Shown: piece after piece, positions 51,341 through 60,577 of the stretch
Layout: each line of letters starts with the position of its first letter
Position numbering within the stretch: position 1 is the first letter of the stretch
IMG/VR virus record: IMGVR_UViG_3300031949_000002
Direction: 5' to 3' (one strand)
Source: a virus
Length of the DNA stretch: 64,000 nt
Notes under the pieces: model-generated
The model's database searches: none
What the model saw: the letters and a program-made list of their open reading frames with translations, nothing else
Told to the model about the DNA's origin: nothing
Position numbers and translations under genes: made by a program

Positions 51341-51523
51341 TTACTTAGGGAGACGTCTCTTGATGACCTTGATTCTCGGGTCGTAGCGGTCATGCTCGAT
51401 CAGCGCGCGGCGAACCTCTTCGGCGGTCGTAGCAAGATCCCAAAACACCGTGTCGATCCACTTCTGTCCGATATATACGTCAAATACGCCATGACGAGGT
51501 TTCCCAAGATCGTAAATCGGCAT
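51341..51523 (-). CDS. Hypothetical protein
   Basis: 60 aa. Confidence 0.5.
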   Translation of the reverse strand: MPIYDLGKPRHGVFDVYIGQKWIDTVFWDLATTAEEVRRALIEHDRYDPRIKVIKRRLPK

Positions 51524-51583
51524 ATGCTGTCCTTACCATTCTTCCCTGGAGATCCTACTTGGACCCACCGAATTAGGGCGCTG

Positions 51584-51907
51584 CTACCGCACGAGTTTCA
51601 TCTCGGCAGGTGCAGGCTTCCACCAGCCTCCCGCCCGGATCCGGACGATCGCGACGTGCTCGTAGTACGCGCTGTCTCCCTCGCGCTTTCCCACCCCGGG
51701 AGGGCAAGGTACGGGAACAGAACTATCGATCGCGATCACGACCGGATCCCGGCCTTCGTACCGCATATCCTCCGCGTACTCGAACGCTAGATCCGCATCG
51801 TCGAAAAGGTAGACCGCAAGTCCGCAAGGTCCGGGGGACGGACGGAGCCCTTCTTTTCGAATCGCGGCCCAGGTCTCCCGGTCCGTGACGTGGAAGTACC
51901 GGCTCAC
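51584..51907 (-). CDS. ADP-ribosyltransferase-fold (Tpt1/DarT-like) protein
   Basis: YFHVT..I..EGL.P..VYL..A..YA. Confidence 0.5.
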   Translation of the reverse strand: MSRYFHVTDRETWAAIRKEGLRPSPGPCGLAVYLFDDADLAFEYAEDMRYEGRDPVVIAIDSSVPVPCPPGVGKREGDSAYYEHVAIVRIRAGGWWKPAPAEMKLVR

Positions 51908-51910
51908 CCG

Positions 51911-52510
51911 TTACCACTCATCGAAGCCGCAGATGCCCGGCGCGTCGCCGATGATCACGATGTCGTCCGCGGCCCCTTCAGGACGAACGATCGAGGACCC
52001 CTCGTCGGACCGGAGCATCTTGTCTCGCAGTGGTCTTTTGTCCACGGGGAAGCCGTACTTCCGGTCGAGGACATCCCATTGACCGCCCGCCTCTCCGCCG
52101 CCCGGTCCCGCGCTGTGCGGGTTCAGGATCGCGAGCCTGCACATGTCCCACAGCACCTCGGCGAACTCGTCCAACGTGACGGCCGGAGTCCACCCGAGGC
52201 TGAACGTTCCGAGGCAGACCGTGCCGCCGAAGATGTTCGGGTGAACGATCGGCGTGATCCACTTCACGTCGGGCCGCTGGAGCGGGTACTGCGCGCCTAG
52301 ACTTACCAGCGCTTCGTGCGTCTTTCCGATCTTCGCCCCGCCCCCGTCCCGGTCCGGCACGAGTCCATTTCCGTGGAAGAACATCCTGTAGAGGTCGGGA
52401 GGATCTCCCTCCGCATCGAAATCGAGAATGGTCGATTCGCCCCGGAGCTTCTCCATGCGCTTGAGGTCGGCTTTCAGCCTGCGCGAACGAGGTGAGTCGA
52501 ACGACATCAC
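51911..52510 (-). CDS. Ubiquitin-conjugating E2 (UBC-fold) protein
   Basis: RRLKAD, YPLQRP.V.W.TPIVHPNI..GTVCL..W.P..L; catalytic Cys present. Confidence 0.85.
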   Translation of the reverse strand: MMSFDSPRSRRLKADLKRMEKLRGESTILDFDAEGDPPDLYRMFFHGNGLVPDRDGGGAKIGKTHEALVSLGAQYPLQRPDVKWITPIVHPNIFGGTVCLGTFSLGWTPAVTLDEFAEVLWDMCRLAILNPHSAGPGGGEAGGQWDVLDRKYGFPVDKRPLRDKMLRSDEGSSIVRPEGAADDIVIIGDAPGICGFDEW

Positions 52511-52636
52511 TCCAGTCTACCAGCCGCGCCGGACCGCCGGAAGAAAATCGAGCCTTTGGTCCCCTCCACTATAGTCTGGGAGCCGGAAAGCAGGGATTTG
52601 TAAGAAGAAAATGATGGATACGGAATCGCATCTAGC

Positions 52637-52678
52637 TGAGTCAAAAGATGTTGACTCATCATGAGACTGGGTTACAAT
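52637..52678 (+). promoter_or_regulatory. Divergent promoter with inverted repeat over the -35
   Basis: TGAGTCAA-aagatg-TTGACTCA; TTGACT-16-TACAAT on plus strand. Confidence 0.65.
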
Positions 52679-52701
52679 TTTCACATCGAGAGGTGGCAGC
52701 G

Positions 52702-52890
52702 ATGAGTGAAACCGCGATCCGCGCTCGAAAGGAAACAGACACGGAGCGGCTAACTCAGCAGGCAGAGGCGCATCGCAAGCGCGGCCTGCCCGGCGACATT
52801 TCCTGGGCGATCACGTACGAGAGCCTCGTGCGGTCGATCCGCGACGGAACGATCCGGGACATGGCGAGCCGGTATCGAGCCTCCGACTAA
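52702..52890 (+). CDS. Hypothetical protein
   Basis: GAGAGG RBS. Confidence 0.6.
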   Translation: MSETAIRARKETDTERLTQQAEAHRKRGLPGDISWAITYESLVRSIRDGTIRDMASRYRASD

Positions 52891-52916
52891 GGGGAGAATC
52901 GGTCCGCGGGGGACAG

Positions 52917-53444
52917 TTGGAACGTTACCTGGTTTCGCCCGACGCCTTCTGGATCTCACCGGACGGCACGGTTCACGCCATCGCCGCGTTTGGGCACGAT
53001 TCCTTTGCGCGGGAGCAGGGATTCCAATCCGCTCGGCACGCGATCCTGTCAGGATGGATCCGGGGATTCGCAAACGAGGGATACCTCGCGTTCCACATCG
53101 GCACTCTGGACGACGAGAACGCGCTCGAACTGATCGAAGACTTCGCGTTCACGCACGGACCGAGCTACGGTCGCTGGATGGCCGTCATCGAGACCGAGAA
53201 TCCGACCGACCCGAAAATTCAGGTCATGGACCGCGACCTCCTCGATCTCGGGATCAAGGAAGCGGTCGCGTACGAACGAAGAATTGCCAGGCTGCGTCCT
53301 TTCGGCATGTCCGGGCTCGGGCTCCACTTCGAGGGGGAACGGGAGCGCAAAGTGCGGACGCGCAAGGGCACGCGAACGGTTCGCGAGCGGCTCTGGTACG
53401 ACTCAGACCAAGATGAGGTGATCGTAGAGCGGTTCGAGGAGTAA
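52917..53444 (+). CDS. Hypothetical protein, paralogue of 44800-45156
   Basis: WISPDG..H..SGWIR..LIEDF; start uncertain. Confidence 0.6.
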   Translation: MERYLVSPDAFWISPDGTVHAIAAFGHDSFAREQGFQSARHAILSGWIRGFANEGYLAFHIGTLDDENALELIEDFAFTHGPSYGRWMAVIETENPTDPKIQVMDRDLLDLGIKEAVAYERRIARLRPFGMSGLGLHFEGERERKVRTRKGTRTVRERLWYDSDQDEVIVERFEE

Positions 53445-53473
53445 AAGAGCCTGGCCCTGGAGGTTGAAGCGTT

Positions 53474-53875
53474 GTGGAAGCGGTAAAGACGAAGCTCTGC
53501 CCACGATGCGGCGAAGAGCAACTGATCGAGAACTTCGATCGGAACAAGGCTCGACCGGACGGAAGACAGGTCTACTGCAAGGGCTGCCGCAACGGGACGA
53601 AGAAGCCTGTCGAGCGGCCGAAGAACGGCACTGTCTCGCAGGTCCACGTACCGACCTGGGACCAGGAAGGGGTGACCGAGGCGGTCCTCCTCCGACACCG
53701 AAAGAAGTTCATCGCGATCATCGAGTCCGCTACTTTCGCCTTGGAGCGAATCGAATCGAAGCTGAGCGTACGCACGCGGAAGAAAACGAGCCGACGCTTC
53801 GTGGCGGACCGCGAAGAAGCGCCCGATGCGATCGACTGGCTGGAGGACGATGAGTTCGGCTGCGAAGCGATCTGA
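53474..53875 (+). CDS. Zn-finger protein (endonuclease-VII-like N-terminal finger)
   Basis: CPRC..F..DG...YCKGC. Confidence 0.6.
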   Translation: MEAVKTKLCPRCGEEQLIENFDRNKARPDGRQVYCKGCRNGTKKPVERPKNGTVSQVHVPTWDQEGVTEAVLLRHRKKFIAIIESATFALERIESKLSVRTRKKTSRRFVADREEAPDAIDWLEDDEFGCEAI

Positions 53876-53882
53876 GAGCAAT

Positions 53883-53965
53883 AAAAAAGCCGGTACTGCG
53901 CTTTTGACGCAGTTCCGGCCTGGAGAGAGGGGGTTGCCCGAGCCTTCCGGCTCTGCATGTCCCCC
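53883..53965 (-). ncRNA. Candidate ~83-nt sRNA
   Basis: TTGACT-16-TATAGT (53970-53997); GGGGG..GAGCC-GGAA-GGCTC..CCCCC; terminator hairpin + T6. Confidence 0.5.
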
Positions 53966-54045
53966 ATCTACTATACAAAAAGTGCATCAGAAGTCAAGGC
54001 TCTGTTAACTGATGTGGAACCCATGAGGAGCGGTATAATGGGTAA

Positions 54046-54117
54046 CCGGCTCTTGGAGTCGGATCGGACGCACGTAGAGACTCAGGCTCGCCCCTCCTCG
54101 CGTGCGTCCGTTTTTTT
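54046..54117 (+). ncRNA. Candidate sRNA or attenuator
   Basis: TATAAT 54034-54039; CGGACGCACG/CGTGCGTCCG stem + T7 before ATG 54130. Confidence 0.4.
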
Positions 54118-54129
54118 ACAGGTGAATCC

Positions 54130-54321
54130 ATGCCGTGTGCGATATGCGAGACCGATCGAAATGTCGAGTGGTTCAAATGCCGGGTCTGCGGAAAAACGAT
54201 CGGGAAGTTCTGTTCGGAATGCTGGCTCGGCAAGGAGGTGTTCAAACTCTACGAATCGAACTGTAGGAATGGGAAGCCGCACCGCGGCGAGATCGAGAAC
54301 AAAGGAGGGAGCGCGACGTGA
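54130..54321 (+). CDS. Small Cys-rich protein
   Basis: CAIC, CRVC, CSEC. Confidence 0.55.
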   Translation: MPCAICETDRNVEWFKCRVCGKTIGKFCSECWLGKEVFKLYESNCRNGKPHRGEIENKGGSAT

Positions 54322-54599
54322 GCATCCTCGACGATATCGGAATGATCCTGAAGGCGGTGGCGCCGGAAATCCTCAAGAACCTGACGAAGCGAGCGAAGGA
54401 CGGCGTCCTCCGCGAGTTCGTGAAGAAGCTCGACGTCGAGGAGGTCGAGACGTACGACTTTGGCGACGGGACGGAGGAGAACGTGACGTGGAAGCACTTC
54501 ATCCTGACCGAGGACTCCGTGATCGGGATCGGGAAGCGAGGCCCCCAGGTCAAGAAAGCGCGGCGCGTCCGGCGCGGACCTGCGGATGCAAAGAAATGA
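54318..54599 (+). CDS. Hypothetical protein
   Basis: AAGGAGG RBS. Confidence 0.6.
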   Translation: MSILDDIGMILKAVAPEILKNLTKRAKDGVLREFVKKLDVEEVETYDFGDGTEENVTWKHFILTEDSVIGIGKRGPQVKKARRVRRGPADAKK

Positions 54600-54654
54600 A
54601 CATTCTTCGCCGCACATTCTCCACACTGGTCGCGAAGCGATAGGGTGGAGTTAG

Positions 54655-55963
54655 CGGCGCGGCGGTCCTAGCTCTCGATGTAGATTGAGGTTATGACTAA
54701 ACGGATGTCCGAGGTCCAGAGAAGAGTCACGTACCGGCTCTACCCAACGCCGCGGCAGGCCGTGGCACTGGAGGAGCGACGCGCTCTCCACTGCGAACTC
54801 TACAATGCCGCGATCGAGGAGAGGCGTGAAGCGTGGCGAAGGCAGGGCCGCTCCATCTCGTACTACGACCAGCAGAACCAGCTTCCGGAGATCAAGGAGG
54901 TCCGTCCAGACCTGGAGCCGCTCGGTTCCCACGCGCTCCAGGCGACGTGCCGGAGAGTGGACCATGCCTACAAGGCGTTCTTCAAGCGCTCCAGAGAAGG
55001 GAAGACTCCAGGGTACCCTCGCTTCAAGAGTCGAAGACGGTTCAAGGGCTGGACGTGGCCCGATCCGACTGGGTGGAAACTGGTCGCTCCGGAGAAGCGC
55101 AGGAGACATCGACCGAGAGGCGCGGTCTTGCGGGTCTCCGATCTGGGCGACATCAAGATCCGAGGCCGGGCGCGGAACGAAGGCGAGCCTGTGACCTGCA
55201 CGATCACGCGGCGAGGCGGAGGCTGGTACGCCTCTATCGTGATCGACTGCGAGCCGGTGCGGAGGCACGGCACTGAGAAGGTTGGGTTCGACTGGGGGCT
55301 GGACTCGTTCCTTATGTTCGACGACGGATCGAAGCTGGAGAATCCACGGTTCATCGGGAAGGAAGAGGTCCGGAAGCTCCGGGGTCTCTCGAAGGACCTA
55401 TCGCGCAAGCGGCTCGGATCGAAGAACTGGAGGAAGTCAGCACGCAGGATCGCCCGGTTTCACGACCGGATCGAACGGCGGCGGGAGGATTTTCAGCACA
55501 AGGAGAGTGCGCGGATCGTGGATCGATCCGCGCTCATCGCGACGGAAGGGTTAGATACGAAGGAGTTGATCGAGAAGGAAGATCAGCCGCGCGCCCGCAG
55601 GCGCGCGATTCTGGACGGGGCACCGGCAAGTTTTCTTCAGAAGGTCCGGTACAAAGCGGAAGAGGCTAGTACCGGATACAAGGAAGTCCCAACGGTGCGC
55701 GTCAAGCCGAGCCAACGTTGCCCCGGATGTTTCCGGCTCTGCGGCAAGAAGAGGCTGGATGAGCGGGAGCATCACTGTCCTTTCTGTGGCTGGAGAGGAC
55801 CGAGGGACCAGGCTTCAGCGAAAGTTTGCCTCCAGTGGGCGGAGGGCAGGCGTCTACCGGGCCGGGGACCGGCCTCGACTGTGGAGGGGTGGGCTCGTAA
55901 AGACCCCCTTGGAAGCAGGAAACCGAACGCTAGGCGCGCGAGCGCCAGCGGGCGGTAGTTCAT
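54655..55963 (+). mobile_element. IS200/IS605-family tnpB-only element (left boundary uncertain)
   Basis: Right end GCGGTAGTTCA(T) after hairpin GCTAGGCGC-GCGA-GCGCCAGC; TTAG possible target. Confidence 0.55.
54693..55958 (+). CDS. tnpB: TnpB RNA-guided endonuclease (second copy, divergent)
   Basis: TYRLYPT; VGFDWGL, ATEGL, CPGC/CPFC, RDQASA. Confidence 0.9.
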   Translation: MTKRMSEVQRRVTYRLYPTPRQAVALEERRALHCELYNAAIEERREAWRRQGRSISYYDQQNQLPEIKEVRPDLEPLGSHALQATCRRVDHAYKAFFKRSREGKTPGYPRFKSRRRFKGWTWPDPTGWKLVAPEKRRRHRPRGAVLRVSDLGDIKIRGRARNEGEPVTCTITRRGGGWYASIVIDCEPVRRHGTEKVGFDWGLDSFLMFDDGSKLENPRFIGKEEVRKLRGLSKDLSRKRLGSKNWRKSARRIARFHDRIERRREDFQHKESARIVDRSALIATEGLDTKELIEKEDQPRARRRAILDGAPASFLQKVRYKAEEASTGYKEVPTVRVKPSQRCPGCFRLCGKKRLDEREHHCPFCGWRGPRDQASAKVCLQWAEGRRLPGRGPASTVEGWARKDPLGSRKPNARRASASGR

Positions 55964-56073
55964 AAAGCCGGAGACGGGCCGTTAGACCCGCCCCCGGCCA
56001 CTCTGGAGTGGAAAGAGTTATCGCGCGGACTCTACCCCAGAGGTCGCCCTACCGCGTCATCTTCACCTCCGGC

Positions 56074-56508
56074 CTACAGAGTGAATTCGATGACCGTCAG
56101 GTTTACAGCCGTATCGGCCGTGTCGTTCGGTCCAAGCCCCTGAATCGAGATCCCGACCGTGTGCGAACCCGCTGCGACTGGGACCGTGGCGCTGTGCATC
56201 AGCGTGAAGTCTTCTCCTGCAACCGCAACCGCGCTTGCCCCGACTTCCGCTCCGATCGCGGATCCGTCCACGCTGATCTGACATCCGATGCTCACATCAG
56301 GACCCGGGTCCAGGTTGAATGCGCTGTACACCACTTCGGCGATGACTAGAACTGGGCCTCCGGAAAACACAGCGGCCGGAATCTCGACGAGGATCGGAAG
56401 TCCCGTCAACTGGTTTTGCGCGTCCAGCAAGCTCCCACGGAGAGCGACTCCACCTCCGCCACCACCCGCCGCCACGACCTGGGAAAGAAAGTCGCCCTTT
56501 CTCGTCAT
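56074..56508 (-). CDS. Putative virion appendage protein, RKGDF N-terminus
   Basis: MTRKGDF + Gly linker + beta-rich domain. Confidence 0.65.
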   Translation of the reverse strand: MTRKGDFLSQVVAAGGGGGGVALRGSLLDAQNQLTGLPILVEIPAAVFSGGPVLVIAEVVYSAFNLDPGPDVSIGCQISVDGSAIGAEVGASAVAVAGEDFTLMHSATVPVAAGSHTVGISIQGLGPNDTADTAVNLTVIEFTL

Positions 56509-56530
56509 CGATGATCTCCTACCCTGAGAC

Positions 56531-56755
56531 TCAGATACGGAAGATCGCCTTCCCGATCGCCGCCATGGCTCCAACGGCAAGGACCGCGCCGAGTCCGATC
56601 AGCGTGACGGTGAAGGGCCAGCACAGTCCTCTCGATCCGAGGCCCGCGAGGGCGCCGGTACGTCTCGACTTCCGCTTTCGCTTCTTCCGCGGATTCACCA
56701 CGAGAAGGTCCGGATTCCTCCGGACCTTCGGATTGACTACCAGAAGATCTCCCAT
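56531..56755 (-). CDS. Small basic membrane protein with NP repeats
   Basis: DLLVVNP x2, RRNP, basic tract, C-terminal TM. Confidence 0.65.
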   Translation of the reverse strand: MGDLLVVNPKVRRNPDLLVVNPRKKRKRKSRRTGALAGLGSRGLCWPFTVTLIGLGAVLAVGAMAAIGKAIFRI

Positions 56756-56766
56756 GAAACGCTCCT

Positions 56767-59244
56767 TTACAGGCGTCCGCGATGGACCGTGCAGTTCAGT
56801 TTCTGCCCGACCCGGCTCGTGCCCAGGACGGTGAGGATGCCGGTGTCTCCGTCGAAGCTGTAGTCCACGCCTGCCGACAGCAGCTTGATCGGAGCGCCGG
56901 TCGCGGCATCGTACGCCACGACGCTGACGACCTCGGTCGCCGTCGCGCCGAGACTGATCGTCGCTGCGATCGCGACTCCATCCGCCAGGACCTGATCGAC
57001 CAGGCTGGTCCGCATCGCGTCCCGGATCTGCGCGGTCGTGAGAGAACTCCGTACCTCCAGCCCGAGCGTGGTCAGCTTCGGAGTCGTGCCGCCGTCCGCC
57101 GTCGTCATCCGGACCTTCACATCGACCTTGTCCGGCTTCGTGGCGGAGACATCGACCAGCGTGTTCGGAGCGACGTTCAGTACCGTGACCGCCCCGTCAT
57201 CGAGAACGAGGTCGTACAGGATCGTCGTCCCGGCGGGCTTCGTCTCGACCGGCTTCACGATCACGCTTTCCGTGTCGAGGAGCGAGAGCCCTTTGAAGGA
57301 CGCCGACCCTGCGAGAACCCACGGAGAGGCGATGGGCGTGGTCTCCTCGATCAGCAGGTTGTCCCGGTAGTACGTCCCGCCGCTCGTGAATCGCCAGTCC
57401 GCGCCGAGACCGAAGCCCGTCTCGACCCGGAAGATGTTGCCGACCTGACTGAGCGTAGCGAGGTTGACGATAGTCTGGTCGTATTGGACCACGTTGTCCG
57501 TGACGTTGAAGACCTTCATGCGGACGGTCTTCGCCACGATGTTCACTTCGAGCGAGATGTCGAAATACTTGTCGAGAGCCAGGGTGTTCTGCTGCACGAA
57601 GAGTTGCGTACTGAATACGGTGACTCCGCCCGGACCCTTGATGTTCAGGAATCCACCGGTCCACTCCACCGCGCTGCCGTCGCTGCCGCGAAGCGCCGTC
57701 GTTCCGATCACGACCTGATTCGTCGAAAGATTGGTCGGGCTCTTCGTGGCCTTGTGCCGGTACGTGACCTTGAGGTTCGCCCCGTGAGGCGTGAGCAGGT
57801 TGATGTGGATCGGGTTGTTTCCGTCCGTATTCCCCTTCACCGCCTCCTTCGTCGTCAGGTTGACGGAGAAACACGGAGTCCCGGGGCCGCCACAGATGAG
57901 CCCGAACTGGGGATTCACCTCGCTCATCACGGTCGAGACGGCGGCGGTGAAGTCCTCGTTGAAGAGCGTTCCGGGACTGAACGCGGAGGCGAGTTGGAGG
58001 AACTGCCCGATCGCGATTCCGATCGAGTCCCCCTTGGAATCGTTCAAAAAGTTGACGCTCTTGGTCGCCGAAACCGCCTCCGTCACCGAGGCGCCGCCGC
58101 CTTCGAGGACGTCCAGCCTGGAATCCAGAAGGTCCAGTTCGTCCTGAAGCCCTTGCGGCACGGTCGGCGCGCTCTCCAGTTCCGTGACGCGTGCCAGGAT
58201 GTCTCCGATCGCAGCGGCCAGGTTCCCCATTTCCTCCAGGGCCAGGAGCTTCGCTTTGTAGAGCGTAGCGCCGGTCTTGAGGTCGCTGAACGACCCGGTC
58301 TGGATCGACTGGAGCGCCGCCAGGTCCGGATGCGCCGCGGCCTGCGCCGCCGCGATCGCCGCGGTCAGCTTCGTCTCGTAGAGGGCCGTCTCGCTCGCGA
58401 GAGCGGTCACCATGGACGGAATCGGCTCGGCCGTGATCATGAAGATCGGGCCGGTCAGGATGTTCTGGAAGATGACCGTGCTCGTCGCTTCGTACCGGTC
58501 CGCATAGGCCGGAGTGTCGTTCATCAGGGTGACGATCGCGGGGAGCGACGGAACGTTGGAGAGCGCACCGACCGCGGTCTTCAGGCTGTCGCTCTCCTGC
58601 TTCGCGCCCTGTACCGTGTTGGACACTTCGGTCGTGAGCGTCTCGACGTCGGTCTCCAGGGTCTTGATCTGCTGCTGAAGCTGACCGACCGTCGTCATGT
58701 ACTGCTGCTGGAATACGTCGTCCTGCGCGACAGTCGCCTTCCCATTCGGGACGAAGACCATCGCGATCCGGACCTTGCCGACCTCGTTCAGTTCCTCGTC
58801 GGTGAACTTGACACCGGCCGCGCCCGCTACGCCCTGGATGACTTCGAAATCCTCCTGCTTCGCGTTGCCTCGCGAACGGACCACGCCTTTCGAATCGACG
58901 TCGCTTTTCAGAACGACGAGATCGTGCCGGTCCAAGCTCGCGTCCGCGGCCGGGATCGAGAGCGTCGCGACGATCTGTCCATCGACCATCGCGCTCTGGC
59001 CTACGATCTGCCCCTCGATCAGGGCGGAGCCGTCGTTGACCGAAACGACGCGCCCACCCGTCGCCGTCACCTTGAAGTTGTAGGAGACGAGTTCGAACTT
59101 TCCCGTCGTCGGATTCTTCCTGCGCTGCGGGATGACTCCGCTACCGAGCGCGCTCAGAGCCGACGCCAGGATGGGATCCGACTGGTCGTCGGAGCGCTGG
59201 TCCTTGAGAATGCCGTCGAGACCGGCAACCAAACGGGCGCCCAT
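56767..59244 (-). CDS. Putative structural (fibre/spike-associated) protein, 825 aa
   Basis: Coiled-coil centre, beta-rich C-terminal domains. Confidence 0.7.
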   Translation of the reverse strand: MGARLVAGLDGILKDQRSDDQSDPILASALSALGSGVIPQRRKNPTTGKFELVSYNFKVTATGGRVVSVNDGSALIEGQIVGQSAMVDGQIVATLSIPAADASLDRHDLVVLKSDVDSKGVVRSRGNAKQEDFEVIQGVAGAAGVKFTDEELNEVGKVRIAMVFVPNGKATVAQDDVFQQQYMTTVGQLQQQIKTLETDVETLTTEVSNTVQGAKQESDSLKTAVGALSNVPSLPAIVTLMNDTPAYADRYEATSTVIFQNILTGPIFMITAEPIPSMVTALASETALYETKLTAAIAAAQAAAHPDLAALQSIQTGSFSDLKTGATLYKAKLLALEEMGNLAAAIGDILARVTELESAPTVPQGLQDELDLLDSRLDVLEGGGASVTEAVSATKSVNFLNDSKGDSIGIAIGQFLQLASAFSPGTLFNEDFTAAVSTVMSEVNPQFGLICGGPGTPCFSVNLTTKEAVKGNTDGNNPIHINLLTPHGANLKVTYRHKATKSPTNLSTNQVVIGTTALRGSDGSAVEWTGGFLNIKGPGGVTVFSTQLFVQQNTLALDKYFDISLEVNIVAKTVRMKVFNVTDNVVQYDQTIVNLATLSQVGNIFRVETGFGLGADWRFTSGGTYYRDNLLIEETTPIASPWVLAGSASFKGLSLLDTESVIVKPVETKPAGTTILYDLVLDDGAVTVLNVAPNTLVDVSATKPDKVDVKVRMTTADGGTTPKLTTLGLEVRSSLTTAQIRDAMRTSLVDQVLADGVAIAATISLGATATEVVSVVAYDAATGAPIKLLSAGVDYSFDGDTGILTVLGTSRVGQKLNCTVHRGRL

Positions 59245-59287
59245 GATGAACCTCCCTTAGGTGTTTCGGAGAGTGCGTTTCCTTCAA

Positions 59288-59611
59288 CTACGGAAGGGTC
59301 TCGTCGGTCTGGTTGACCGCGAGCGAACCGCTCAGAGCCGCGCTGCCCACGTTCTTCGCCGTGACGGTCAGCTTGGTCCCTTCCTTCACGCGGAACCTGG
59401 GCTTCGCGGTCTGGACGTGCGCAGGAAGAAGGCCGGAAAGGAACGTCTCGGGCTTCCCCTTGTGGTTCGTGCCCGTGATCGTCCACTCCAGGTCGTTCGA
59501 GTCGAACGTCGTGACCGCGATCGTGTCGTTCGGGGCCGGGATGTCGATCTGCTGGGCAGGGGACGTCGCGCCCGGAGCGAGATTGGTCACCTTTGCAACG
59601 CTGGTCGCCAT
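59288..59611 (-). CDS. Putative structural beta-sandwich protein
   Basis: 107 aa, GAGGAG RBS. Confidence 0.6.
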   Translation of the reverse strand: MATSVAKVTNLAPGATSPAQQIDIPAPNDTIAVTTFDSNDLEWTITGTNHKGKPETFLSGLLPAHVQTAKPRFRVKEGTKLTVTAKNVGSAALSGSLAVNQTDETLP

Positions 59612-59626
59612 AGATCTTTCTCCTCG

Positions 59627-59839
59627 TTATTCCACATCCTTCAGGACCGAGACGGATCGCTTGAAGTCGTCCAGGATCCGCTTGGCCTCGGCGCGGGTCT
59701 TCTTCTCCTGTTCGACGAGGGTCGGTGCGGGCTTCATGCCCGCGTCCACCAGCATCTTCTTCGCCTTCTCCTGCACCACGAGCGCGTTCTTGAGACCGGC
59801 CAGTTTCTGCCGGAGGACGGGGAAATCGTTCGGCTTCAT
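59627..59839 (-). CDS. Hypothetical protein
   Basis: GAGGAG RBS. Confidence 0.55.
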   Translation of the reverse strand: MKPNDFPVLRQKLAGLKNALVVQEKAKKMLVDAGMKPAPTLVEQEKKTRAEAKRILDDFKRSVSVLKDVE

Positions 59840-59942
59840 CCTATTCTTCTCCTCTAATGGATGCTGAACACGCGAGTCGGTATCTCCATCACCTCTACGC
59901 ATAGGACCGTCTGACTAACGATGAACGCTCCCTTTCGGTTCG

Positions 59943-60308
59943 CTACGCGAATGCGACCCAATCGTAGTCCACTCCGAACGCGTTCCCGATTACACCTTCC
60001 AGCCTGAAGTCAAGGCCTACGATGGAGGCCGTGAAGTCGAGCGACCGATGGATCGGGAATACGACTGGGCCTGTGTCTCCGAAAATAACCCACGCGATCT
60101 GTCCCGGCATGGTGTCCGTCTTGACGAGAGAATCGGCTCCCTCCGCAGGAAACCGCTCGTAGACCTCCACCTTTCTCAACGGACCCGCAAGTCCGGTCGG
60201 AATCGTTCGCGGACTGGCGCCGTCTCCGCTGTAACTACCCGTCGCGATCTGTGTACCCCCTCCACCACCGGCCTGCTGCGTAGCGAGGAAGTCTCCTTTT
60301 CGACTCAT
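59943..60308 (-). CDS. Putative virion appendage protein, RKGDF N-terminus
   Basis: MSRKGDF..GGGGG..TGSYSGDG. Confidence 0.65.
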   Translation of the reverse strand: MSRKGDFLATQQAGGGGGTQIATGSYSGDGASPRTIPTGLAGPLRKVEVYERFPAEGADSLVKTDTMPGQIAWVIFGDTGPVVFPIHRSLDFTASIVGLDFRLEGVIGNAFGVDYDWVAFA

Positions 60309-60343
60309 TGCACAACCTCCCGCTTGGGTCCGCCCGTTCTTCT

Positions 60344-60553
60344 CTACACGACATCGAGATCGCGAATGTGCGTCTTGAACCGATCCAGCGCGTACTGGTA
60401 CGCGGCCGAGATCGCGTTCATGTCCTTCTGCCTCTGGCGCTTCACGCCCGAGTTGTGGTCCACCCACGCCTTGACCCAGCCCTGGTACTTGCTCTCCAGG
60501 TCGGACAGGTTCTGCTCGATCACCGCCGCATCCCGCGTCGTCGCTACCGGCAT
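60344..60553 (-). CDS. Hypothetical protein
   Basis: AGGAG RBS, downstream of CTGTTAAAATA. Confidence 0.6.
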   Translation of the reverse strand: MPVATTRDAAVIEQNLSDLESKYQGWVKAWVDHNSGVKRQRQKDMNAISAAYQYALDRFKTHIRDLDVV

Positions 60554-60577
60554 CTCTTGACTCCTAGAAAACGAGAC

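Noticed and set aside
53886-53893. AAAGCCGG match to the putative guide of the second TnpB
   Set aside because: Only 8 nt, with no matching TAM
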